Shown here: positions 48,035-57,751 of the stretch, piece after piece
How the letters are laid out: the number at the start of each line of letters is the position of its first letter
Position numbering within the stretch: position 1 is the stretch's first letter
Assembly (NCBI GenBank): GCA_965198225.1
Contig: CBDAOY010000009.1
Span: 192,001-256,000, forward strand
Reading direction: 5' to 3'
Length of the DNA stretch: 64,000 nt
DNA from: Terriglobia bacterium
GTDB taxonomy: Bacteria; Acidobacteriota; Terriglobia; 20CM-2-55-15
Notes under the pieces: generated by a model
Databases searched by the model: none
Seen by the model: only the letters and a program-made list of their open reading frames with translations
What the model was told of the DNA's origin: nothing
Translations under genes and position numbers: made by a program

Positions 48035-48844
48035 ATGACGATGAAGATACAGCTGACGGCTCTGATTCTGGTCCTGGTCGCGATCGCCGCGGATGCTCAA
48101 CAGGAAGAAACACGCTGGGCCGACTCCCTCCTCGAAGCGCATGCCAGCGGCACACACCTGCCGATGGTTTCGGTCGAGGTACCGGCCATGAGCGCGGAAG
48201 AAGCATACGCGATCCAGCGCGACTACGTGCAGGGACGACTCCGAAACGACAGGATCGCCGGATTCAAGGGTGCGAGTATGTCTTCGGCCAGCCCGCTGAG
48301 CGGTGTGCTGTTCGAGTCCGGCGCACGAACCCAGAACGCCACGATAGGCCGATCGGCTTTCATAGCGCCGATGATCGAAACCGAACTGGGCATCCTCATC
48401 GGGAAAAGGATCACGGAACCGATACCCACCGAGTCCCGGCTTCGGGACGCGATTTCCGGTTTCATGCCCGTGATCGAACTGCCGGACGCAGCGCTTGCGG
48501 ACATGGCTTCCGCCCAGCCGGTCGACATCATCGCCGCAAACACGCTGTCCACCCAGTACATCAAGGGCTCAGCGGTTCCCCGATCGACCATCGACCCGAA
48601 CGAAATCCAGGTGGCCCTGCTCCGCGACGGCATGCCTGTAGGCCGGGGTGCGGCGACCGATTCGATGGGCGATCAATGGACGGCCGCCCTGTGGCTCGTG
48701 AACGAAATCGTCGGCCGCGGCTACGAGATCAAAGTCGGCCAGATCCTACTCACCGGGGCCCTCGGGAACATCATTCCGGGTCAACCCGGGACCTACGTGG
48801 CGGATTACGGCGACCTGGGGCGGATAACGTTCCGGCTCCGCTGA
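48035..48844 (+). CDS. 2-keto-4-pentenoate hydratase-like (FAH family) protein with signal peptide
   Basis: EAYAIQ, IAGFK, IETELG, IELPD, DIIAAN, GQILLTGA. Confidence 0.85.
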   Translation: MTMKIQLTALILVLVAIAADAQQEETRWADSLLEAHASGTHLPMVSVEVPAMSAEEAYAIQRDYVQGRLRNDRIAGFKGASMSSASPLSGVLFESGARTQNATIGRSAFIAPMIETELGILIGKRITEPIPTESRLRDAISGFMPVIELPDAALADMASAQPVDIIAANTLSTQYIKGSAVPRSTIDPNEIQVALLRDGMPVGRGAATDSMGDQWTAALWLVNEIVGRGYEIKVGQILLTGALGNIIPGQPGTYVADYGDLGRITFRLR

Positions 48845-48869
48845 AGGCTGTTGAATCTTTTTGGGGGAG

Positions 48870-49136
48870 ATGATGGCGACACGCCCGTCCGAAAACCCGA
48901 TGCGCATCCAATTATCGGAGGATCGGAAGCAGGCTCTCCTCGACTCACTCACTAAATTCTACCTTGGAGAATTCGACGAGGAGTTGAGCGACTACCGGGC
49001 ACGGAGGATCCTGGCATTTTTCGTCAAGGCCCTCGGACCTCCAGTCTACAACCAGGCGATCGGCGACGCTCGATCTTTCATGCTTGAGAAACTGGAAGAC
49101 CTGGACGCCGAATTCTACGAGCCGGAGGATCAGTGA
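48870..49136 (+). CDS. DUF2164 family protein
   Basis: FF...LGP..YNQAI.DA. Confidence 0.88.
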   Translation: MMATRPSENPMRIQLSEDRKQALLDSLTKFYLGEFDEELSDYRARRILAFFVKALGPPVYNQAIGDARSFMLEKLEDLDAEFYEPEDQ

Positions 49137-49237
49137 GCAACGCGAAAATCATCGGCAGCGCACCCGTCCTGTTGGTGGAGGATGTCGTGCAGTCGGCAAA
49201 TCATGACATCGGCTTCGGTCAGGACCTCGCATCCTGA
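49133..49237 (+). pseudogene. VOC/glyoxalase N-terminal fragment
   Basis: Manual translation MSNAKIIGSAPVLLVEDVVQSANHDIGF. Confidence 0.55.
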
Positions 49238-50042
49238 AGAGCTTGCCGCCGCGATGGAAGCGACTTTGACGCCAGATGAGATTATCGAGCGATCGTTCGG
49301 GGATTACTTCTGGGTTCCCGAGGACGTCACCGTCGTCGACAGACCCGAGATCATCTACTACTCGTGCCCACGCGATGTGGGCTATCTGAATATGGTAACC
49401 CGGATCCGTGCCGGCGCGGATCAGGTCGCCGGCCTGATCGAGGAGGTCCTAGCGGCGCACCGCGGGCGGCGTTCCACCTGGGTCGTCCCGTCAAACGACC
49501 GGAACAGGGATCTCGAGCGGCGACTGCTGGAAGCCTCCTACTCGTCGCACGAGTACCGCGTGTGTACGGCGCCGGTCGACGAATATTCCTGTGCCCGCGA
49601 GAACACAGAAATCGTCGTCCGGGTCATCGACGGCATGGAGCGACTGCGGGACGCCGTGTGGGTCGGAGCCCGGGCTTTCGGAGAACCGGCCGATATCACC
49701 GACGCACAGTTCGAAAGCGATCTTCGGCTGTGTACGGGGGCCGAACCGAGAGTCTACCGGTTTGTTGCCTACGAAAAGCGAACCGAGCGGCCGGTATGCA
49801 CGGGAAACATGACACTGTTTCGCGACCACGCCTTCGCCTTCTTCTGGGGCGGCGGAACCGTTCCCGAAGCACGTCGGCGCGGTTTCTATTCGGCGGTCTT
49901 GACCGCCCGGGTGGGCCTGGCCCGGAACCTCGGGATATCGACGGTCGGTATGTGCGCGCGAAGCGACACATCCGCCCCCATCGTCACCCGCTTCGGGTTT
50001 CGGCCCTCCGGCGTTTTTCACCTCTGGGACCGCGTCGCATGA
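49203..50042 (+). CDS. GNAT family acetyltransferase
   Basis: GGTVPEARRRGFY...SAPIVTRFGF. Confidence 0.85.
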   Translation: MTSASVRTSHPEELAAAMEATLTPDEIIERSFGDYFWVPEDVTVVDRPEIIYYSCPRDVGYLNMVTRIRAGADQVAGLIEEVLAAHRGRRSTWVVPSNDRNRDLERRLLEASYSSHEYRVCTAPVDEYSCARENTEIVVRVIDGMERLRDAVWVGARAFGEPADITDAQFESDLRLCTGAEPRVYRFVAYEKRTERPVCTGNMTLFRDHAFAFFWGGGTVPEARRRGFYSAVLTARVGLARNLGISTVGMCARSDTSAPIVTRFGFRPSGVFHLWDRVA

Positions 50043-50504
50043 CAAGGACGGGTTTCATCCTCCGGCGGGTACAGACGCCCGATGAACTCGCCGAAGCTCT
50101 TGCGATTCGCAGGGAAGTCTTCGTCAGCGAGCAGGGCATACCGGCCGAGTTGGACGCCGACGGCCGCGACACGACCGGGCTTCACGTTCTGATCTACGAC
50201 GGCGAAATCGCGGCGGCAACCGGGAGAGCCTGTCTGGAGAACGATGAGGCGACACTGGCCCGAATCGCGGTTCGCCGCGAATACAGGGGGCATGGTCTTG
50301 GGGGTCGGGTCGTGCGGGAGTTGGAGAGATGGGCCGTCGAAGAAGGGGCGAACCGGTTCGTGCTCTATCCCCACGCCTACCTTGAAAGCTTCTACGAGCC
50401 TCGGCTATCGGAAAACCTCCGAGGCTGGAACAGTGGGCGAACACCGGCTGATAGAGATGGAAAGAACATCCGGCCTGCAAAGAGAAGGTCAGGGAACTAC
50501 CTGA
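50039..50504 (+). pseudogene. GNAT acetyltransferase (ElaA/YjcF-like), frameshift near 50395
   Basis: IRREVFVSEQG, RIAVRREYRGHGLG, ESFY, then SLGY..EHRLIEM in another frame. Confidence 0.8.
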
Positions 50505-50510
50505 AACGCC

Positions 50511-52073
50511 ATGGGTAATATGAAATCTGAAGTCTTTCGACAGGAACTCACCCCGATCCATTTTCTCGAGCGCGCCGGAGAAGTGTACGCCGACCGCGTG
50601 GCCGTCGTCGATGGCGAAGTCCGCTACGACTGGCGCACGATGCGGGCCCGCTCGCGGCGGCTCGCTTCCGCGCTCCGGGCATCCGGGCTCGAGAAGGGCG
50701 ATCGCGTCGCGTTTCTGGCAGTGAACTCCGAACCGCTTCTGCTGGCGCACTTCGGAGTACCGCTCGCCGGCGGCGTGTTGGTGGCCGTCAACATCCGTCT
50801 TTCTCCTGAGGAAATCAACTACATCATCACGCAGTCCGGATCGACGATGATTTTTTACAGCCCGGAGCTCGAACACCTGCTCTCAAAGGTGTCGACCGAC
50901 ATCAAACGAATCGACACGGCAGCCGGTTTCGACAACCTGCTGAACCGGGGTGGCGAGGGAGCCATCGAGTTGCGGCTTGACGACGAATACGACCTGATTT
51001 CCATCAACTACACGTCGGGCACGACCGGTCGGCCCAAGGGAGTGATGTATCACCATCGGGGCGCCTACTTGAACGCCCTGGCCATGGCGCTGGACCATCA
51101 TCTCACCGCTGACAGCGAGTATCTCTGGACACTCCCGATGTTCCACTGCAACGGCTGGACTTTCGCCTGGGCCCTGGCGGCGGTCGGAGCCCGGAGCATC
51201 TGCATCCCGAAAATCGATCCTGCCCGGACATGGCAGCTCTTCGGCACGGGCGTGACGCACTTCTGCGCCGCGCCCACGGTGCTGACCATGCTCGCGAACG
51301 ATCCGGCTGCCCATCGACTCACGCGACCCGTCCGGCTGTTCACCGCCGGCGCCCCGCCCTCGCCGACCCTCATCGAACAGATGTCGGATCTGAATTTCCA
51401 ACTGGATCACGTCTACGGCCTGACGGAAACCTACGGGCCTTTCACCATCAAGATTCCACCTGTCGGATTCGAGAACCTCGGAGTCGAAGAACAGGCCCGC
51501 CTCCGATCTCAGCAGGGGCTGCCAAACGTCTGCGCTGGGGAGGTGCGTGTGGTGGACGGTGCGATGAACGACGTGCAAGCGGACGGCCGGTCGATGGGAG
51601 AGGTCGTCATGAGGGGCAACGTGGTGATGAAAGGTTACTTCGACGATCCGGACGCGACCGCGACAGCTTTCGATCGAGGCTGGTTTCACAGCGGAGACAT
51701 CGCCGTCCGTCATCCGGACGGGTCGATCGAGCTCCGGGACCGCAAGAAGGACATCATCATTTCGGGCGGCGAGAACATCAGTACGGTTGAAGTGGAACAG
51801 GCCGTGGTCAGCCATCCGGCGGTCATGGAATGCGCGGTGATTCCGATACCTCACGAGAAATGGGGCGAGGTCCCGAAAGCGTTCGTCACCCTGAAACCGA
51901 ACGCGCAAGCTAGGGCGGAAGCCATCATCGAACACTGCCGAACACGCCTCGCCCGCTTTAAGGTTCCGAAGGCGATCGAGTTCGGCGACCTGCCCAAGAC
52001 CTCGACGGGCAAGATTCAGAAGTACGTCCTGCGCAAGCGTGAATGGGCGGGGCGCGACAGGGCGATCAACTGA
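50511..52073 (+). CDS. Acyl-CoA synthetase (AMP-forming)
   Basis: YTSGTTGRPKG, LPMFHCNGW, YGLTE, FHSGD, ISGGENI, TSTGKIQK. Confidence 0.95.
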   Translation: MGNMKSEVFRQELTPIHFLERAGEVYADRVAVVDGEVRYDWRTMRARSRRLASALRASGLEKGDRVAFLAVNSEPLLLAHFGVPLAGGVLVAVNIRLSPEEINYIITQSGSTMIFYSPELEHLLSKVSTDIKRIDTAAGFDNLLNRGGEGAIELRLDDEYDLISINYTSGTTGRPKGVMYHHRGAYLNALAMALDHHLTADSEYLWTLPMFHCNGWTFAWALAAVGARSICIPKIDPARTWQLFGTGVTHFCAAPTVLTMLANDPAAHRLTRPVRLFTAGAPPSPTLIEQMSDLNFQLDHVYGLTETYGPFTIKIPPVGFENLGVEEQARLRSQQGLPNVCAGEVRVVDGAMNDVQADGRSMGEVVMRGNVVMKGYFDDPDATATAFDRGWFHSGDIAVRHPDGSIELRDRKKDIIISGGENISTVEVEQAVVSHPAVMECAVIPIPHEKWGEVPKAFVTLKPNAQARAEAIIEHCRTRLARFKVPKAIEFGDLPKTSTGKIQKYVLRKREWAGRDRAIN

Positions 52074-52170
52074 TGCTCAAATCTGTTTCGGCCGCTCTTT
52101 GGAGACGAGTAAGATAACGTGAACCATCCAAGAGATAGTACCCGAATCCTACACGATCGAGAACGAGCAT

Positions 52171-52770
52171 ATGCGGATCTATTCCGACGGTCTGAACATC
52201 TTCGATCATGCCGTCAACCAGCCGCCCGAGATTCCGCCCAACACACAGTGGCGTTACCGCAACAGCGACCCCCTGACGCTGGGAAAGATCATCCGGGAAA
52301 CCGTCGAAGCGCGGGGTGAAAGCTACCTCCAGTTTCCGCAGAAGGCGCTGTTCGACCGGATCGGTGCGCGCAACTTCGTACTCGAGACCGACGCGTGGGG
52401 CAACTTCATCATGACCGGCTACGACTACGGGGCGGCGCGGGACTGGGCCCGGTTCGGGCTGCTGCACCTCTGGGATGGCGTCTGGAGGGGCGAACGGATC
52501 CTGCCCGAAGGTTGGGTGGATTTCATTTCCACACCCGCTCCGGCCGATGAGAGCACAGGCTACGGGGGCCTCTTCTGGCTGAACCGGGGCGGCGCCATGG
52601 GTCGTATTCCCGCAGACGCGTTCTGGGCTTCAGGGTTCATGGGTCAGACAACGATGGTCATCCCGTCCCGGAACCTCGTTCTCGTCCGGATGGGCCCCAG
52701 CCCGGGGGGCTCGGACGGCTATATCAATGAGCTCGTCGGCCGGATACTCGAAGCGCTGCCTCCCGGATAG
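52171..52770 (+). pseudogene. Serine hydrolase C-terminal fragment (paralog of 39388-40905)
   Basis: YRNSDP..FPQKALFDRIG.RN.VLETD..GNF; lacks SxxK and the N-terminus. Confidence 0.8.
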
Positions 52771-52775
52771 GAGCG

Positions 52776-53105
52776 ATGGCATACGACGAAACAGTCACGC
52801 GCCGCCTGCGGGCGGCGATGGACGCTGAAGGGAACGTCGTCGAGAAGAAGATGTTCGGCGGCCTGGCGTTCATGATCGGCGGCAACATGTGCTGCGGAGT
52901 CACCGGTGACGAGTTGATGGTCCGTGTCGGAGGTCAGACCTACGAAGACGCTTTAGATCTTCCACACGCGAGAGAGATGGATTTCACAGGCCGACCACTG
53001 AAGGGGTTTGTTTACGTGGCGTCGGAGGGTTTCGCTGCCGAGGCGGACCTGAACGCCTGGGTCGCACGCGGAATCGCTTTTGCGAAAAGCCTGCCCCCGA
53101 AGTAG
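52776..53105 (+). CDS. TfoX/Sxy N-terminal domain protein
   Basis: EKKMFGGLAFM..NMCCGV..MDFTGRP.KG..SLPPK. Confidence 0.92.
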   Translation: MAYDETVTRRLRAAMDAEGNVVEKKMFGGLAFMIGGNMCCGVTGDELMVRVGGQTYEDALDLPHAREMDFTGRPLKGFVYVASEGFAAEADLNAWVARGIAFAKSLPPK

Positions 53106-53140
53106 CGCAGCAGGGTCGGACGGACGAGAGGAGAAGCGTA

Positions 53141-53494
53141 ATGATCAAAGGCGTTCACACGATGTTCTATTCTTCCCAGGCTGAGGAGTTGCGCGCGTTC
53201 ATACGCGACAAACTGGGGTTCCCGTATACCGATGTCGGCGAAGGGTGGCTCATATTCAACGCGCCCGAAGCCGACATGGGCTGCCACCCGTCCGGCACGG
53301 AAGACGGCAAGACTTCCGGCACCCACGCTATTTCCTTCTACTGCGACAACATCGAAGACACCGTGCGTGAACTGAAGGACCGGGGCGTCGAGTTCGTCGA
53401 GGGCATTTCGGATCAGGGATTCGGCCTGGTAACCCACTTTCGGATGCCGGGCGACGTGATCGTCCAGCTATACCAGCCGCACTATTCGAAGTAA
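53141..53494 (+). CDS. VOC family protein
   Basis: RAFIRDKLGF..GWLIF..ISFYCD..DQGFG..LYQP. Confidence 0.9.
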   Translation: MIKGVHTMFYSSQAEELRAFIRDKLGFPYTDVGEGWLIFNAPEADMGCHPSGTEDGKTSGTHAISFYCDNIEDTVRELKDRGVEFVEGISDQGFGLVTHFRMPGDVIVQLYQPHYSK

Positions 53495-53501
53495 GGGTGG
53501 T

Positions 53502-53810
53502 TTGAATCAGGAGTTGGACAGGTTGTGGAAGGACCCGCGAAACTGGCGGGGCGGGTTCATCTACCACTGCGCCGAAGACTCGCGGTTGATCGTCAGCCAG
53601 AGGTCGGCCTGGGCCGGATACAGCTTCAACCACGCCCACCGTGCTGCTCTACCGGCGCTGTTCGGATTCCTGGCAGCCATGGGAGCCCCGTTTCTGTTCC
53701 TGGTCTGGATGGACTTGCCATGGAGCGCCGTCTGGGCCCTGCTGACTTTCACGCTGGCGATCGTGCTGCTCAGCGCGATCTGTCATTGGGAGTTCACACG
53801 ACCGAGATGA
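53502..53810 (+). CDS. DUF5808-like membrane protein
   Basis: DPRNW..FIY..EDSRLIV..GYSFN.AH plus two TM helices. Confidence 0.7.
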   Translation: MNQELDRLWKDPRNWRGGFIYHCAEDSRLIVSQRSAWAGYSFNHAHRAALPALFGFLAAMGAPFLFLVWMDLPWSAVWALLTFTLAIVLLSAICHWEFTRPR

Positions 53811-53936
53811 GGCGTGGTAACCATTAGAGAGGAGAGCAAATGCGAATACTCGTCGATATCGATGAGCGTCCGATACCCAGTGGGGCGGTTAGAAAGGGAA
53901 TTCCGGCACGCCTGAGACAACGAGATTCAAGGGTCG

Positions 53937-54004
53937 GTGTAGGTGCGCTCTATGAGCGCACAAGACAGTGAGAGAAGATGTGCGGTCATAGACCGCACCT
54001 ACAC
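53937..54004. repeat. GTAG-type REP doublet (REPIN) 3
   Basis: gtgtaggtgcgctctatgagcgcac ... gtgcggtcatagaccgcacctacac. Confidence 0.88.
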
Positions 54005-54123
54005 GAGCGTGGGGGGACCGGCCGGCGCCTGCGCTCCGTCGACGTCGGATTCCGCATCCCCGTTAGTGCTCTCTCGCGGACCAGGCCAGGGGGGGCGGTG
54101 GGCCCGACGCTAATAGATGTTCT

Positions 54124-55380
54124 TTACTCGATGGACGCGATCACCTTGCCGATGAAGTTGTCCAGCGCCGGCCCGCCACGGATCCACCGGACGACGACGA
54201 CCAGGTCGTTCTCCCAATCGATGTAGATGACGTTGCTGCCTGAACCGACGAAGCGCACGGAGCTTTCCGGGGCGCTCGGCAGCGACCGCCGTAGCGTACC
54301 GTCCGGGCGGGCCACCGCCGGGTTCAGGAACCAGTTCATGAACCCGTAGGACGGGTTGGCGGTCCCGGGTGTTCGAGCCATGTCGATCCACTCGGTCGAG
54401 ACGATCCGGCGGTCCTTCCACTTCCCGTTCCGCAGGAACAGGTATCCGAATCGCGCCATGTCATGGGCGTTGATGAACATCCCTCCGCCCCAATGCCCAC
54501 CTCCAGTCACTGACTGCATCTGCTGGCCGTCGAGCATGACCCAGGAGTTCTCGTAGCCATGCCACCGCCAGGTGTTGGACGCCTCGATCGGATTCATGAG
54601 CTCGTCGCGCAGCACCTGCGGCAGCGGCTTCCTGAAGACGTTTAACGCGGCCAGTGCGAGGATGTTGACCCGTACGTCGTTGTACTTGTAGACCGTGCCG
54701 GGCTCGTTGAGCGGCATGTTCGGCCAATCTTTCTTATCCACGTCCCGCGGAGGCCGGTCCGCCCATGCCCGCTTGCCCCACAGCGTCCCTCGCCAGTCAC
54801 TGGTCTGGCGCAGCAGGTGGTCCCAGGTGATCTTGGCGTTGTGTTCGGAGTCGAACAGAGTGTCGTCCGGCATGTAGTCCACTGCCCGATTGTGAATGTC
54901 CTGGATCAGCCCTTTCTGCCAGGCAAGGCCGACGGTAGTCGACAGGAAGGTCTTCGTGACACTGAAAGTCATGTCGACCTGCTTCGTGTCCCCCCATTCG
55001 GCGACGATATATCCGTTGCGGATCACCATTCCGCTCAACGGGGCGCGGGTTTTCGTCGGACCGATTGCCTCGGCGAACGGTTCGACCATCCGGGTCTCGA
55101 GATAAAACCCGAGATCCTTCGGATTGGAGCTTTCGCTCGCGATCGCCATCTCGACCGCCTCGTTCAGGATGGCGGAGCTCATGCCGACTTCTTCGGGCGT
55201 CTTCTTTTCCCAGGTGTGTCGAGACGGGTAATAGGTGTCGCCTTGCCCCTGGCCGGACTGGGCGAGGGCAACGCCGGGCCAGTTCACCGCTGCGGTCGCA
55301 ACGAGGAGCGCGGTCAGCGACACGACCACGGCCGTGCGCCGGCCCTTGATGCCGACGCTCCAGGTCGACGTGATTCTCAT
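54124..55380 (-). CDS. Secreted serine hydrolase (beta-lactamase family)
   Basis: FSVTK, LLRQTS, YKYND, GGGHWGGG, DMARFG. Confidence 0.92.
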   Translation of the reverse strand: MRITSTWSVGIKGRRTAVVVSLTALLVATAAVNWPGVALAQSGQGQGDTYYPSRHTWEKKTPEEVGMSSAILNEAVEMAIASESSNPKDLGFYLETRMVEPFAEAIGPTKTRAPLSGMVIRNGYIVAEWGDTKQVDMTFSVTKTFLSTTVGLAWQKGLIQDIHNRAVDYMPDDTLFDSEHNAKITWDHLLRQTSDWRGTLWGKRAWADRPPRDVDKKDWPNMPLNEPGTVYKYNDVRVNILALAALNVFRKPLPQVLRDELMNPIEASNTWRWHGYENSWVMLDGQQMQSVTGGGHWGGGMFINAHDMARFGYLFLRNGKWKDRRIVSTEWIDMARTPGTANPSYGFMNWFLNPAVARPDGTLRRSLPSAPESSVRFVGSGSNVIYIDWENDLVVVVRWIRGGPALDNFIGKVIASIE

Positions 55381-55650
55381 AGAGCCTCCTGTTTCGTTGC
55401 AGGTTTTGTCCGAATCGAATCCTAACACCCGCAGACCAATCCCGCACCGCTATTCGAAACCGGACACGGTGACGGTAATATGGACATGATGAATGGCGCC
55501 GACGTTGAGGACAATGAGTCTACCCTCGGCACAGTCGCCGGCGATGTGGCGCACATCCTCGCGATCTGTAAGGAGTCGATGGAGGCAAGCTACCAATCCT
55601 TCATCGACACAGATCGGACGTGACAAGTTGTCTGACGAAAAGGTTACTTG

Positions 55651-56820
55651 ATGACTGACATACGCATCGGGCTTCTCGCTTCTCACAATGGCACAACGAT
55701 TCAAGCGATTCTCGATGCTGTCAGCGGTCGGCGGCTCGACGTCGAGCCTGCAGTCGTGATCAGCAACAATAGTCAGTCCGGCGCAATCGTGCGCGCCCGC
55801 GACAACGGTGTTCCGGCAATCCACATCAGCGGAAGAACACATCCCGACACACGGGAGGAGGACTCAGCGCTCTGTCAGGCACTGGCCGACCACGGGGTCG
55901 ATCTGGTGTTCCTGGCAGGCTACATGAAGAGATTGGGTCCGTTGACCCTTGCCCGCTTCCGCGGGCAAATCCTGAACACGCATCCCGCCCGGTTGCCGAA
56001 GTTCGGGGGAAAGGGAATGTACGGAAGCCGTGTTCACGAAGCCGTTTTAGCTTCCGGCGATAGGACAACCGGCGTTTCGATTCACATCGTCGACGCCGAC
56101 TACGACACGGGCCAGGTGATTGCGCGGCGCGAGGTGGCGGTGATGGCCGATGACAACCCGGAGACCTTGGCAGCCAGGGTCCGGGAACGGGAGCGAGAAT
56201 TTGTGGTCGAAACCATACAAGCCATCGCGATGGGTCGGATCAACCTCCCCGGATACTCCCATGGAGGGCGAGGCCGGCGCCTGCACGACGACCCGCCACG
56301 AGCGAGTACCGTCACTATCGCCGACTACGATCGGCGATGGACGATGCTTTTTGATCAAGAGAAGACCAGGCTGGCTCGCATTATTCCAGAATCGATGATC
56401 GAGCACATTGGAAGCACCTCCGTGGCGGGCCTGGCGGCGAAGCCGGTCGTCGATATAATGTTAGGCGTCGATCAACTTCCACGGATTGAACGGGCGCTGC
56501 CGCAACTCGAGGCAAGCGGTTACGAGTACGTGCCGGAATATGAGGTCTATCTTCCCGAGAGGCGGTATTTCCGCGGCTCAGTCGAAGGCACCCGGACCCA
56601 TCTGCACGGGGTGGAGCTTCAGGGGGATTTCTGGATCCGCCATCTCGCGTTCCGCGATTACCTCAGACGCACTCCTCAAAGAGCGACCGAATACGCAAAC
56701 CTCAAGCGACGCCTGGCCGAACAATACCGTACGGACTCGATGGGCTACACCGAGGCGAAGTCCGAATTCATCGAAAGTTGCCTTAAGCACGCCGGAGGTG
56801 TCTCAGAAGAGGCCGAGTGA
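55651..56820 (+). CDS. purN: Fusion of phosphoribosylglycinamide formyltransferase (PurN) and GrpB (UPF0157) domain
   Basis: ASHNGT, LAGYMK, NTHPARLPKFGGKGMYG, HIVDADYDTG; then IEHIGSTSV.GLAAKPVVDI, HLH, FRDYLR, YTEAK. Confidence 0.85.
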   Translation: MTDIRIGLLASHNGTTIQAILDAVSGRRLDVEPAVVISNNSQSGAIVRARDNGVPAIHISGRTHPDTREEDSALCQALADHGVDLVFLAGYMKRLGPLTLARFRGQILNTHPARLPKFGGKGMYGSRVHEAVLASGDRTTGVSIHIVDADYDTGQVIARREVAVMADDNPETLAARVREREREFVVETIQAIAMGRINLPGYSHGGRGRRLHDDPPRASTVTIADYDRRWTMLFDQEKTRLARIIPESMIEHIGSTSVAGLAAKPVVDIMLGVDQLPRIERALPQLEASGYEYVPEYEVYLPERRYFRGSVEGTRTHLHGVELQGDFWIRHLAFRDYLRRTPQRATEYANLKRRLAEQYRTDSMGYTEAKSEFIESCLKHAGGVSEEAE

Positions 56821-56821
56821 G

Positions 56822-57667
56822 ATGACCGACAAGCCGACCACTCTCGTTTCCGTCCACGGAGGCCACAGCGCCGAGTTCTGCAGTCACGCCCAAGACACTC
56901 TCGAGGAAGTCATCCGAGCCTACATCGAACGGGGGTTCTCCTGGGTCGGCATCACCGAGCACATGCCGGCGATCCGGGACGAATTGGTCCCCGACGAGGA
57001 AAAGGAGGCCGGTCTCGACTCGGCTGGCATGTACGAACGGTTCGCACGCTACATCGCGACGTGCCGGACACTGCAGCAAAAGTATGCCGCAAGCCTGGAC
57101 ATCCTTGTGGGCTTCGAAACCGAGACATGTGAGGGATACGAAAGCTTCGTCGGAAACCTCCGGAACGAGTTCAAGCCGGACTACATCGTCGGATCCGTGC
57201 ACCATGTCGACGATATCTCCATCGACACGTCCCGGGAGCTGTACGAACGGGCGGCCGGAGGGCGTGGCGGCATCGATGGCCTCTACTGCGCGTATTTCGA
57301 CCACCAGTACGAGATGATCCGGGCCCTACACCCTGCGGTCGTCGGACACTTCGACCTGATACGGATCTTCGACCCGGGCTACAGCGAGCGACTCGAGCGA
57401 CCCGAGATCCGGAAGAGGGTCGAGCGCAACCTTGCGGCGGTCCGGGAACTGGACCTCATACTGGACTTCAATGTCCGCGCGATGACGAAAGGTCAGTCCG
57501 AACCCTACATCGCGCCTTCGATCCTTCGGGCCGCCCAGAACATGGGGATCGCCGTCGTGCCCGGTGACGATTCGCACGGCGTGAGGAATGTCGGACGCTA
57601 CTGCGATGAAGGCGTTCGCATCCTTGCGGAATACGGCTTCGAGACGGCCTGGCGCAAGCCCGTCTAA
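56822..57667 (+). CDS. Histidinol-phosphatase, PHP (HisJ) family
   Basis: SVHGGHS.EFC.HA, TEH, GFE, GSVHH, GHFDL, DDSHG. Confidence 0.88.
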   Translation: MTDKPTTLVSVHGGHSAEFCSHAQDTLEEVIRAYIERGFSWVGITEHMPAIRDELVPDEEKEAGLDSAGMYERFARYIATCRTLQQKYAASLDILVGFETETCEGYESFVGNLRNEFKPDYIVGSVHHVDDISIDTSRELYERAAGGRGGIDGLYCAYFDHQYEMIRALHPAVVGHFDLIRIFDPGYSERLERPEIRKRVERNLAAVRELDLILDFNVRAMTKGQSEPYIAPSILRAAQNMGIAVVPGDDSHGVRNVGRYCDEGVRILAEYGFETAWRKPV

Positions 57668-57751
57668 AAAAAGGGGCAGAGCCCCCTGAATTCTGATCGG
57701 TGCTTGACTGATCGAGCGTCCGGCCGTACCTTCCCCTTAAAGGAAACCTGC

